Assembly (NCBI RefSeq): GCF_964204645.1
Contig: NC_134030.1
Coordinates: forward strand, 13,758,656-13,822,655
Length of the DNA: 64,000 nucleotides
Source of the DNA: Tubulanus polymorphus
Lineage: Eukaryota; Animalia; Nemertea
Direction: 5' to 3'
The notes below the pieces were generated by a model. It was given only the letters and a program-made list of their open reading frames with translations, did no database searches and was not told where the DNA came from. The translations under genes were made by a program, and so were the position numbers. Shown here piece after piece: positions 53,501 through 60,380 of the stretch (positions are counted from its first letter, which is position 1; each line of letters starts with the position of its first letter).

Positions 53501-56500
53501 CAATTGTAGGTCAGTGGAACCGGGTGTGTGGTGGCCTCTTCAACTCAATGCCATCCGTTAGGACGCATGACCATAAAGATTCTAAACTATTTATTCTTAA
53601 GCCAAAGTGGTAATCCTACTCTGTGCCATGTAGTGATTCTTTCCAAGATGAAGCCAAAATAATTAACCAATTAAGAATGAAACAAGCCATAGGCGATAAC
53701 TGTTCATGGGCTGAGGTTCAAATCTATTGTATATACTGTACTACAATTAACAGGAAATAAATGAATAAATAAATAAATAAATAAATAATTGTCACTGATG
53801 TGTACATGAGGCAACTCTCGAAATTCCCATGCCTCAATTCCCACAGCATTTTGGATATATTGTATTTTGGGTCAATAGCTAAATTCAAGACAACTTTTAG
53901 AATTTAGACCCTGTTCCTCAGTTATGAGGTCATATTCAAGGTCACTTCGCTGAAAACGGTGTTTTAATGCTTAGTTCTGCCACTTATAGTACTGGGCCTA
54001 TTCTTTGCACTACACACTCGACCCCCATACCAACAATGTACCAAAATGTAGAACTTTGACATTATTTCAATAGATTATAAGAGGCATAACTAGATTAATT
54101 GATCTACTGTACCTTAGGCGCACCACCTCCTGGCTTGCCCCATGGGTTGTATCTTTGTAACATGTCTAGATCCTGTAAAAATAACATTGTAGTTTATGTT
54201 AAGAAACTAGCAAATAAATAATTCACAAAAGTAATGTATGAAAAAATGTTCAAAACCATGTATGGATACAAATACATGCATGGGGATTCATGGAAAACAT
54301 ACTCATTTTGGAACTAGAGATACCTTAAAACATTTCAATACATAGCAATTGATTTTGATGAGAGGCCTGCACAACTCTCCACCCCCTTACAGAGTTAGCG
54401 GTAGTTCTAAGCATGAAAACTGACATTCATGACCTTCAGGTAAATTCTCCGGTTTTTGCATAATACAATAGATGAGGGGAAACGGAATCAATACGATGAC
54501 TTATCAAATTTAAAATAAACATAAAATAAGACTCCAATGACTGGAAAATGAGAAAGTAAATCCTACAAAATGGCACACGAATATTCGAGTAGATTAATAG
54601 ACCGGTTTGTCTGCGTTGTATAATCGATCAAATATGCCCTTACATTGATTGGCTGCAGGAGATCAACTAACCGCAGGGGGCATCTATTTTATATCAATTT
54701 AACGATGTTCAACAGCCATCTAGACATTTGATGAAACAAAATGCTCGTCGATTTCTCTTAAATGAACGCGACATTTAAAATTCCATTTCCAACAGATTTT
54801 CGCTGCATGATCAAACAACATTTTGTACATATAAATATAGTGGATTGAATGACTACATGTCAAAGTTATAACCTCATTTTATAAGCAAAAATTCGATTTT
54901 TGGATCCACTACACCCTTCTGTACGTGTTTAACATGATTTTAGATATCTTATTATTGAATTCCTTACAATCCATAAAAGCACATTTTATATTGTTTACTA
55001 ACATGTCCCGGAATAAAGATTGACTCAAAAGGTCATTTAACCGAATTCAGCTCATTTTCTGGTTACGTACCGTATTTTTCGGTGTACAAGTTGAACCCAG
55101 TGTATAAGTCGAGGTCAAATTATCAGTTTCAAAAGTTGTACTAAGGCTATAGTCGGTGTATAAGTCAAGTCCCTTCTTCACGTGTTTACATAAGTCACTT
55201 TTGAAAACAGTGCTATGGTCATTCTCATAGTAGTTGAGAGTCTTTACCACTGTTTGCAATTAATCATTATCAAGATTCTAAATTCTAATTGGGATGCGAG
55301 TGTAGCCTAACATAAATTAATATTCCATTTCATCATGGCTACCTTGAACTCTTAAACGTCATCAGTTTAAACAATATTGAAAGTGTATTTAGTGTTTAAG
55401 TCGACCTAGGTTTTTGGACATGATTTTTGACCTCAAAAACTCGACTTATACACCGGAAAATACGGCAGTTCAGGCGGCGAATAACAATAGGCCCTACAGA
55501 TTAATACGCCAAGGGCATTGTCGAAGAAATATCCTTTGACAATCTGACAGTCAGAAGCATCGTCGAAGAAATTTCTTTCGACAATCCGACAATCAGTAGC
55601 ATCGTCGATGAAATTTCCTTCGACAATCCAACAATTAGAAGCATTGTCGAAGAAATATCCTTCGACAATCAGAAGCATTGTCGAAGAAATATCCTTCAAC
55701 AATCCGACAATCAGAAATGTCGAAGAAATTCCCTTCGATAATCTGACAATCAGAAGCAATGTCGAAGAAATTTAGTAAAGTAGCTGGGATCGAAGGACTG
55801 GGTGTTTACGTGGATTACCCTTGTACAAAGTGGCTGGGATCGAAGGACTGTATTTTGGGATGTCGCATGCGAGCCGGTTTTAATTTTTATATAACAATAG
55901 ACAATAAATGCTTTGCCGATGCGCATTTGACTTTCTAATTTTCATTAGGGACTTTTAATTACAAAGACGGCATTTGACCTTTTGAGAAACTAGGGTTTTT
56001 CTTTGTGTGGCCTAGAACGGTATTGCAGATTCTCCAAATAAATAAATAATCTTTAAACGGTTATCGACAAATACACTCAAATAGACACATTAGAAAATTG
56101 ATATTTATTAGGTGATTGTCGAATTGGCGATGGAAATTTCATCGACATTGCTTGGTTTCTGATTGTTGGATTGTCGAGGGAAACATTGAAAGTGCTTCTG
56201 ATCGTGGGATTGTCGGGGGAAATTTTTTCGACAATGCTTCTGATTGTTGAAAGAAGTTCTCCGGGACAAAACCGCATTATGCAGTTTGTCCCTATGCAGA
56301 TAATCCCAAGGCTGATACAGCCGGCTGGTTGACCGGGACCAGGGTTTGATGTCCGGGAGCATGACTCTCTGTGTTTGGGAACGAGACTGGCTCTGGGAGG
56401 GTCGGTCAATCAACCGGGATTGACAGGTACCCGGGATTTCGCTCACGAGGACAATTTTTTCTCCAATGGCTGAATAGCCAGCCTGGAAGGTGACTGGTTC

Positions 56501-57224
56501 TGGGGGCCAGAATCATGCTCCAAATGACTTTCAATTGGGGAGGAATCACGATTGGGCTTTCACACCGGGAGGCCAGTTTTAAGAATCGAGTCCTTTCAGC
56601 AGATAAGGGAGCTCGTCACAGGGGCCCTGTTGTTGCCTCGAAAGAGATTTGATTCTGGACACATACGTACCTTTTTCTTTTCTTTTTGCATTTCTTCCAT
56701 TCTGCGTAGTTTTTCTAATTTATGAGCCTCTATATCAAGTTCAGCAGAATAGTGTTGATGACGCAATTTTCTCAATTCTGCCGAACTAGAAAATAAAGAA
56801 TCATATAAAAGAAATGTCTACATTGTCATGGGATAACCTATTCATTAGGTATATTATATATAATGGCAATGAAGAGGATCTTACATCGATCATGTTTTCT
56901 TTTGAAATCTGGTCGAAGTACCATTCATTTACCAGAAGAAGGTTAAACATTCTCATAAGTAGGTGTAAAATAAATATGTTTTTTTGCAAAATCTAGCCCA
57001 GATGATCAATCATCCAATCATCTTAACCAAGGACACAAAAAAGGGGTTTCCTATAAAAAATAATGTCCTTAAAACATACTCAAAGGAACATTGTTTTCAA
57101 TTTAGTACTCACGTTTTTTGAACTGGCGGAATAGCCCCAGTCATCGGTTTTGGAATCTGTTCAGTTTGGGGAATATTTTCCCCATACTGGACACCCTGAT
57201 GTCCCTCATCTATTTGTGGTTTAC
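2379..57224 (-). CDS. Multi-exon host gene (partial, 15 exons, ~518 aa): coiled-coil protein with repeated G-K/R-P-G-x-G-A-P motifs, CSPP1-like
   Basis: Exons 57113-57224, 56671-56785, 54113-54172, 48706-48723, 35444-35515, 34198-34396, 33764-33837, 27279-27408, 23352-23377, 22560-22806, 21424-21557, 20885-20945, 7847-7908, 6310-6423 and 2379-2507 all have AG/GT boundaries and join in phase with no stop. Motifs YNPWGKPGGGAP, FGKPGAGAPLRSESG, PYGKPGAGAP and FGRPGYGAPLTDRSG resemble the CSPP1 motif YNPWGKGGGGAPLRD. Orthology not established. Confidence 0.85.
3165..3337. repeat. Perfect tandem duplication, 85-bp unit x2
   Basis: aggaatactataccatatctc...cactgaagct starts at 3165 and again at 3250. 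Confidence 0.95.
3711..5389 (-). mobile_element. HINE family 1 copy interrupted by a Tc1/pogo MITE
   Basis: 154-bp units at 3711-4120, body, (acgg)n, and intact terminal hairpin agccccctgggactaaagtcccaagtgggct followed by an A-run. Confidence 0.78.
4613..5296. mobile_element. Tc1/mariner (pogo/Tigger-like) MITE
   Basis: TIRs cagtaaaacctctcttagtgaa / ttcactatagagaggtaatactg, TA TSD, internal cctctatttagtgaacac repeats; the uninterrupted site is seen at ~1611-1626. Confidence 0.9.
5391..5647 (-). mobile_element. Small HINE-like element (family 3)
   Basis: Subterminal inverted repeat taagcccgcttg (5410) / caagcgggctta (5624), short hairpin agatg-agaatg-catct, A-rich ends. Confidence 0.45.
6310..6423 (-). 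CDS. Host gene exon: VGELARVLNDGLVGKPKRDPRTGNLLPQHMTATDVTKL
   Basis: tttacag acceptor, gtaagt donor, 114 nt, phase 0-0. Confidence 0.85.
7229..7696. mobile_element. MITE with 15-bp TIRs
   Basis: caggcgtggatccag / ctggatccgcgcctg, tatat on both sides, internal gccttttt-type repeats. Confidence 0.8.
7847..7908 (-). CDS. Host gene exon: (Q)REASEHRKIMEKDEAYRKAP
   Basis: ttgcag acceptor, gtaag donor, 62 nt, phase 1 to 0. Confidence 0.83.
8083..8520 (-). mobile_element. HINE family 2 fragment
   Basis: aaatatagctgcaaagcagcgataacgggttttctgg is the reverse complement of the end of 17673-18183; the right boundary is approximate. Confidence 0.5.
8976..9250 (-). mobile_element. HINE family 1 terminal fragment
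   Basis: aaactaggggtccagggacaccatgccca terminus as at 61611, followed by rearranged 154-bp units. Confidence 0.7.
10774..11576. mobile_element. Fold-back MITE with long (~200-290 bp) imperfect TIRs
   Basis: gggatatcgacaaattcaagttcttgaa... is mirrored by ...ttcaagaacttgaatttgtcgatatccc; ORFs 10632(-) and 11428(+) give nearly the same peptide from the two arms; no clear TSD. Confidence 0.85.
11670..11856 (-). mobile_element. tRNA-derived SINE-like element
   Basis: Minus strand has an A-box-like tcggtctagtgtgg and a B-box ggttcaaatcc, then a short body and a taaccatt/tttat tail; no intact cloverleaf. Confidence 0.55.
12445..13500 (-). pseudogene. DIRS copy 1 tyrosine recombinase, C-terminally truncated
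   Basis: STIYDAKWSHF, TIKGYRSAIS, PPWDL, LACSARRSEIHAL and FLAKNQ present; HxxR and catalytic Tyr region absent. Confidence 0.85.
13120..14776 (-). pseudogene. DIRS copy 1 RT-RNaseH-methyltransferase-like ORF, disrupted
   Basis: LDLKDAYFQVPI, FGLSTAPWVFTK, FTDAS, HINFLEM, DNSTV, DLFAT and YAFPP motifs; YxDD missing; 16-bp deletion at ~13522 causes a frameshift. Confidence 0.88.
14773..17000 (-). pseudogene. DIRS copy 1 gag (Cys/His-rich N-terminus, RS-rich linker), disrupted
   Basis: ORF pieces 16821..17021, 16205..16972, 15749..16126, 14888..15748 and 14773..15129; stops at 16205 and 15749 are sense codons in copy 2. Confidence 0.8.
17425..17600. repeat. Dispersed repeat shared with ~35170-35365
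   Basis: aaaacagttt.tcgtcgaatttaaac.aagttgaccatgtcat...aatcgcatcgattata...aaatgctcacataaaaaaa occurs at both loci. Confidence 0.8.
17673..18183 (+). mobile_element. Non-autonomous Helentron-like element (HINE family 2), apparently complete
   Basis: 5' hairpin gggttttc-tgactttcgtc-gaaaaccc, (att)n microsatellite, 3' subterminal repeat gaaaaccc followed by a ctgc-ttt-gcag stem-loop and tattt end. Confidence 0.65.
18494..18613. repeat. ~16-bp minisatellite (ttacctctggcattt), probably the subterminal array of a MITE end
   Basis: About 7 degenerate copies ending in attaccacacacc. Confidence 0.75.
20885..20945 (-). CDS. Host gene exon: RDEREEMKKARAAQQYLDEL
   Basis: aacag acceptor, gtaag donor, 61 nt, phase 0 to 1. 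Confidence 0.85.
21424..21557 (-). CDS. Host gene exon: (Q)KIVTEKSRNGGHGYFPFGRPGYGAPLTDRSGNLQTTVHGKSTIE
   Basis: aacag acceptor, gtttgt donor, 134 nt, phase 1 to 0. Confidence 0.87.
22560..22806 (-). CDS. Host gene exon: DVKDGFKWGEGACQPQRDTEGNI...IGKGSGGGAPVKTESGSI...DRFG
   Basis: tttcag acceptor, gtaagt donor, 247 nt, phase 0 to 1; a different frame from the listed ORF 22515..22796. Confidence 0.87.
23352..23377 (-). CDS. 26-nt microexon: (G)SPKGLKNI
   Basis: ttacag acceptor, gtgagt donor; needed to bridge phase 1 (27279) to phase 0 (22806). Confidence 0.75.
25207..25990. mobile_element. Tc1/mariner (pogo/Tigger-like) MITE
   Basis: TIRs cagtcaacctctgttaatccgt / acggattaagcgaggttgactg, TA TSD, internal acggattaa repeats. 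Confidence 0.88.
27279..27408 (-). CDS. Host gene exon: LRHDPYGKPGAGAPNRSQSGNENCQHKTRPNYLEMEQGFTYRN
   Basis: tgtag acceptor, gtgag donor, 130 nt, phase 0 to 1. Confidence 0.85.
27518..27820 (-). repeat. Diverged HINE family 1 fragment
   Basis: gaagtggtttaaaatgctcaacaatctaacaat and two degenerate 154-bp-type units. Confidence 0.65.
29560..30172 (-). pseudogene. Non-LTR retrotransposon (CR1/L2-type) ORF2 5' fragment: 2A-like motif plus AP endonuclease
   Basis: LLLCNDVEVNPGL, YTNINSI, AISET, YYKSP and VLMGDFNSKH across ORFs 29921..30172 and 29560..29931 with a frameshift; no RT follows. Confidence 0.8.
30330..30490. repeat. Cluster of ctgctcgg motifs, probable transposon subterminal repeats
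   Basis: tgctcgg occurs about 5 times, plus the inverted ccgagca. Confidence 0.5.
31922..32480. mobile_element. PIF/Harbinger-like MITE
   Basis: TIRs ggccatcccaaaataat / attattttgggatggcc, TAA TSD; the empty site is visible at 11985-12050 (caaataaaattcatatg). Confidence 0.9.
33427..33714. mobile_element. piggyBac-like MITE
   Basis: ttaa|cccgttcagtgc ... gcactaaaaggg|ttaa; internal inverted gtgcatctacaccg / cggtgtagatgcac. Confidence 0.8.
33764..33837 (-). CDS. Host gene exon: (E)NQLVERATHEQEARIEELKKEIET
   Basis: tttag acceptor, gtatg donor, 74 nt, phase 1 to 0. Confidence 0.85.
34198..34396 (-). CDS. Host gene exon: EFHQQFGKPGAGAPLRSESGKIV...DQYAKAL
   Basis: Core of ORF 34148..34420; tttcag acceptor, gtgag donor, 199 nt, phase 0 to 1. 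Confidence 0.9.
35444..35515 (-). CDS. Host gene exon: VDSNNRKQKFREEDIKVTNQKSLP
   Basis: tttcag acceptor, gtaag donor, 72 nt, phase 0-0. Confidence 0.75.
35582..35690 (-). repeat. Gypsy 3' LTR
   Basis: tgtgacgtttcc...tacatcaca, 108/109 identical to 39661-39769. Confidence 0.95.
35798..38957 (-). pseudogene. Gypsy pol (protease, RT, RNase H, integrase) with a frameshift at ~38375
   Basis: LVDTGAS, RICGDFK, IDLSNAYLQ, LPFGV, SQDD, CDASPYG, YSQIEREAL, TDHKPL, HSEH..CQLC, HIDF/SDNG/AERSV; frameshift in the A-run at VPKK. Confidence 0.92.
39019..39606 (-). pseudogene. Gypsy gag, truncated, with in-frame stops
   Basis: MASAYIGSINE*...LLSMIGPETFELL...ERYKFNMRRQ...CEFGGSLENQL*DRFVAGI; no zinc knuckle seen. 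Confidence 0.8.
39661..39769 (-). repeat. Gypsy 5' LTR
   Basis: Direct repeat of 35582-35690, adjacent to the PBS at ~39648-39659. Confidence 0.95.
40176..40885 (-). repeat. Diverged HINE family 1 relative
   Basis: Terminus aaactagggctccagggacaccatgcc, degenerate units; body shared with 48165-48360. Confidence 0.6.
42393..42487. other. DIRS internal complementary region (ICR)
   Basis: taggaaagggtaagtactact...aaaaattgtaat pairs with 42178-42232, and atttccgtcgagtactgtaccctttcctatggttttt pairs with ~47787-47823. Confidence 0.92.
42747..45425 (-). pseudogene. DIRS copy 2 tyrosine recombinase ORF with long N-terminal overlap on RT; frameshifted and internally deleted
   Basis: ORFs 43461..45425, 42994..43620 and 42747..43118; SARRSE, HQVR and FTSFYL catalytic motifs; small indels at ~43630 and ~43050; apparent deletion at ~42977. 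Confidence 0.85.
43613..45295 (-). pseudogene. DIRS copy 2 RT-RNaseH-adenine-methyltransferase-like ORF, open but lacking YxDD
   Basis: 560-aa ORF with RT, RH (FTDAS, HINFLEM, NVMADALSR) and MT-like (DLFAT, YAFPP) motifs; reads RLFVY|RPNSS where YLDD is expected. Confidence 0.9.
45292..47522 (-). pseudogene. DIRS copy 2 gag, frameshifted
   Basis: ORFs 47343..47543, 46955..47494 and 45292..46338, near-identical to copy 1. Confidence 0.8.
47871..48620. repeat. Tandem duplication, ~490-bp period, of a HINE-related body
   Basis: aatttgtgaaatgcttattttgaggatcaacaatggccag at 47871 and 48361. Confidence 0.8.
48706..48723 (-). CDS. Candidate 18-nt microexon: TFTDEQ
   Basis: ttttataccatttcag acceptor and consensus CAG/gtaagt donor; symmetric phase 0-0, so its inclusion is not forced by frame. 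Confidence 0.55.
48908..49480. repeat. 236-bp tandem unit (~2.3 copies) built from cgcaaaaa / cgtttctg motifs
   Basis: gagcgcagaaa recurs at 48908, 49144 and 49380. Confidence 0.88.
49543..52358. mobile_element. Non-autonomous element with ~377-bp TIRs and AAAT TSD (Sola-like), nested in the IS3EU-like element
   Basis: 49543-49919 is the near-perfect reverse complement of 51982-52358; aaat flanks both ends; no transposase ORF. Confidence 0.85.
53755..53788. repeat. (AAAT)n microsatellite
   Basis: aaataaatgaataaataaataaataaataaataa. Confidence 0.9.
54113..54172 (-). CDS. Host gene exon: DLDMLQRYNPWGKPGGGAPK
   Basis: acag acceptor, gt donor, 60 nt, phase 0-0, CSPP1-like motif. Confidence 0.88.
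55070..55465. mobile_element. Tc1/mariner (pogo-like) MITE
   Basis: TIRs ccgtatttttcggtgtacaag / cttatacaccggaaaatacgg; TA on the left, CA on the right; internal gtgtataagtc repeats. Confidence 0.82.
55515..56255. repeat. ~42-bp tandem array (55515-55772) with an inverted degenerate array (56115-56255)
   Basis: Unit gcattgtcgaagaaatatccttcgacaatccgacaatcagaa about 6-7 times, each with an internal gtcgaa/ttcgac palindrome; reverse-complement copies ~350 bp downstream. Confidence 0.8.
56671..56785 (-). CDS. Host gene exon: SAELRKLRHQHYSAELDIEAHKLEKLRRMEEMQKEKKK
   Basis: ctag acceptor, gtacg donor, 115 nt, phase 2 to 0, charged helix. Confidence 0.85.
57113..57224 (-). CDS. Host gene exon (first one found): KPQIDEGHQGVQYGENIPQTEQIPKPMTGAIPPVQK
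   Basis: ttag acceptor, gtgag donor, 112 nt; phase-2 end matches the next exon. Confidence 0.75.
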
Positions 57225-57703
57225 CTAACAATTAAAAAAAAAAACACTAAAAAAACAAATCTTATTTGCCCACAATCAGCCATGCTTACTTCTAAAACCA
57301 GGTTAGGTTAGAAGATGCCTGTTAGCTGAGTTTGGTTGATGGCAAGAAAATGATTGGAAGAAAATTGTAGGACTCACAGTGATTGAAAAGAAAAATGCCT
57401 AGTAAGATGGGTTCAAGTCAATCCATCAACATCTCCACAACATTACAAATCACTGGATTCGGTCATAAGACAAAATTTTTGAATAAACCCTACAGCTTAG
57501 CTTGGAATCTCAAAACAACTTTGCAATTCAAACCCTTATCAAAATATCAATGGCATATCCACAATGAGGGAAAATCTATCATTTTCATGTAAGGTCCAGT
57601 AGTATACAAAATAGCGGTTTGGGTGCAGTGCAGTCAGCCAGACCCTGGTATACCGTGTACCCACTCTTCCCCCAGACGCCCTCCCAGTGCCAGTCCAGAA
57701 ATA

Positions 57704-58882
57704 CCTACGAGCAATTATCTGAACAGGAGGAAGCTTGCCCTATATCAGTGTACTACACACTGGTACGATCAGTAACGCTGTCAATCATAAAGTCATGGGT
57801 GTATGGGATTCGACGTCGCTGGAAAGCAGCGCTGCGCGTTGATTCTAAAAGCAATCCATAAAGGTAGTTTTAAGATGACGTAGCCAACTGACGCATGCAT
57901 ATTTGGCACCATAATGACCGCGCTTATGAAATCCACAGCTTGGTGAAAAAATTTTGAAAATCGGTTGATAATTAAGATTTTTACGATATCATTGCATCTC
58001 CCGAGATTTTTAGTACGTTCTGCAATAAATATATTTTATAAATCACATATTTTGTATGTTCCTGACGGTTCCTGTGAATAAAATATGCAGTTTTAAGTAG
58101 ATGAAGTGTTGATGAATGCCGGGATGACATTCCGATGAATGCGGAATTATGCGGAATTAGGGTAAAATGCTGCCAAAATCTTACAAAAATACAATGTATT
58201 CACCTGTAATATGGCCAATCATCATTTCGACCGATTTTTTTTCTAGAAATGGTGATCATATAGGTAAATAGTTGCTAATTCTTATAACAGAAATTAATTA
58301 GAAACTACATGGACACTGTTTATTTACTAATATGAAAACAATATTCCAAAAAAATATATCCTTAGAATACATCAATTACGGACAACCAACTCCACAGTTT
58401 TTCGTCAATAATGCTGTATGAAACATTGTCGTTCTTTCCAATTTCACACGATGTCATTGAATGTTTTGTCGGTGTACTAAACAAATATAAGTTATCTCGA
58501 AAATTAAAAGAGAAATATACCGAAAATTGTCTTGATGCAATACATGTACACAACATGGAAACATTAGATTAAAAATATGAAAGAGAAGTCACCTCCATTA
58601 TACCTTTATAAAAGATGAAAATTACTTCTTGGACCATGAAATATTTCATTTTGTAATTTGAGTTTTGATATTATTCTATAGTCTGGCTCTTTTTTATCCA
58701 TGTCTGTCGAGGTGAATACCTCACACCCAAAAATCCGAACAATAGGCTAACAATAGGCTCATCAATTAGCCCTGCGCCAACAGTTTGATTGACAGCGTTA
58801 AACAGTTTGATTGACAGCGTTACTGATCGTGTGTACAGATATATAGGGCGAGCTCCCTCCTGTTCAGATAATTGCTCGTAGG
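57704..58882. mobile_element. MITE with ~85-bp imperfect TIRs
   Basis: cctacgagcaattatctgaacaggagg / cctcctgttcagataattgctcgtagg; flanking direct repeat aaata (gaaatac if the TIR is 1 bp shorter). Confidence 0.85.
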
Positions 58883-59139
58883 AAATACTAAGGAAAACAG
58901 CCTACAGGGCTAGTAAACCTCCAACGGCCCATATAAACGGACCACTATAATACACCTACAACAAAGTGTTATTTACATACGTAGATATTAACAATATATA
59001 TAAGTAGTGTGAGATAAACGCTCTGCCCTGGAATTCCCCTTTATTGCTGAAAAGTTCTATACAGATGCTGTTAGCGATATATCTAAAATGCACTGACCTG
59101 GACTTTTGCTCTATTGCTACTGATTGTGACATAGCCTAG

Positions 59140-59420
59140 AAAAGATCTATGCCATCACTGTTTGCAACCAAAAGCTGAGTAACAACCGAGACATCAACCG
59201 GCGACCAGAGCCATGTCCTATGGACATAGCCAGGCCCGGCCAACATTCGGTGTGTACACTGATGGCATAAACCAGTAGACCCGCAGACTGAAAACTGCTC
59301 TGAGAAAGCCAACACCCGCCCCAGAAAACCCAGGTACAATGTAGGGAACATCTTACCAGACGATAATCGAAATTTGGAATGAGATTCTACCGGAAGCGGT
59401 CCCCTGCATGGCACCGTTAG
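59140..59420 (+). pseudogene. Possible decayed LINE ORF2 C-terminus
   Basis: QTIIEIWNEILPEAV resembles the CR1/L2 C-terminal RTIxxWNxLP motif; weak. Confidence 0.35.
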
Positions 59421-59499
59421 CTATCTAAAATTATCTGAGGTCTTGGGTTCTTTAACCAGCGACCGACGTGACTGATCCCTCAATATCCTTGCATAGTCA

Positions 59500-60290
59500 G
59501 CGGGACTAGGCAGGGAGAAGTTAGTCTTGGAAATCTTTGACTGTAAAGGCATAGAGTTCTCAATCGCTCTGCGGGTTTCGTTGAGGAAGAAGAAAAACGA
59601 CAGCACCGATGTACTGGTTGAGCCCCCTTCCGGTCGAAGCAATACGTTGTATTGAAAGCGGCAGATATAAATGAAGAGTTGGGTAAAGCTGAAGTGAGGG
59701 TCTAACAGAGAATTGAGAAATATATTAGAGAAGGTTTTGGATATGCTATAGAGAGAGTTGTCGAATTATTCCTGAATATTGCCAGATATCAAGCGTTGAG
59801 ATGTGGCTCCTATATCGACCTCCCTGTTGCAGTTAAGAGAAAACATGCCGAGGTAAATGTCAAAAAGTAGATTTAATCACATATACTGGCAACGAAAAGT
59901 AAAGGCGGATTTGCAAATATATTGATCACTTTAGGTGTCTTGATTTCACAGGTCAAGCGCCAAAATGGTCTCCCTATAAAAGTGTTCAGCTATGACAAGG
60001 AAGTGTACACCCTGTATATCAGCGATGGCCCTGCAAAAGTTCCAAAAATTAATTGCAGCTCGTAGAGAGGTGAGAAACAGCACTACACCTGGATCAAGAC
60101 CTCAGTCACCTGCTGTTCACCCAGAGTAACTTTGAAAGGAGGAAACATTTCTCTGAGTGCTGTCTCCATTGTTTCAACAGAGTTGATCTCCTTGAAAAGC
60201 ACAGGTCAGATAGTCGAGGTATAGCTGGCGCCAACGTGATTCCATTGGTCATCTACACGAATTTTGAAGCAATCACAATCAAGTTCGAGG
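59500..60290 (+). pseudogene. Decayed Polinton/adintovirus-type DNA polymerase B N-terminal region
   Basis: Across frames: IEKYIREGFGYAIERV, LNIARYQALRCGSYIDLPVAVKRKHAEVNVK, HYTWIK, RRKHFSECCLHCF and PLVIYTNFEAI, in the expected order, with stops and frameshifts. Confidence 0.72.
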
Positions 60291-60380
60291 GCCTGATACG
60301 TGGTAAAAAGAGGAGATGGTAAGCATGGTAAACATGGCTCAGTGTTTGGGACAAATCTTCAAATGATCATCCTTTTTTAA

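Noticed and set aside
55515-55772. Palindromic 42-bp repeats as CRISPR repeats, and ORF 55433..55759 as a gene
   Set aside because: Units abut without spacers; the ORF is a translation of the array.
56077-56660. GC-richer stretch and ORFs 56077..56409 and 56108..56446 as extra host exons
   Set aside because: The gene model joins 56671 to 54172 in phase without them, the host reading frame reaches a stop soon after the donor, and no family motif is present. Origin unresolved.
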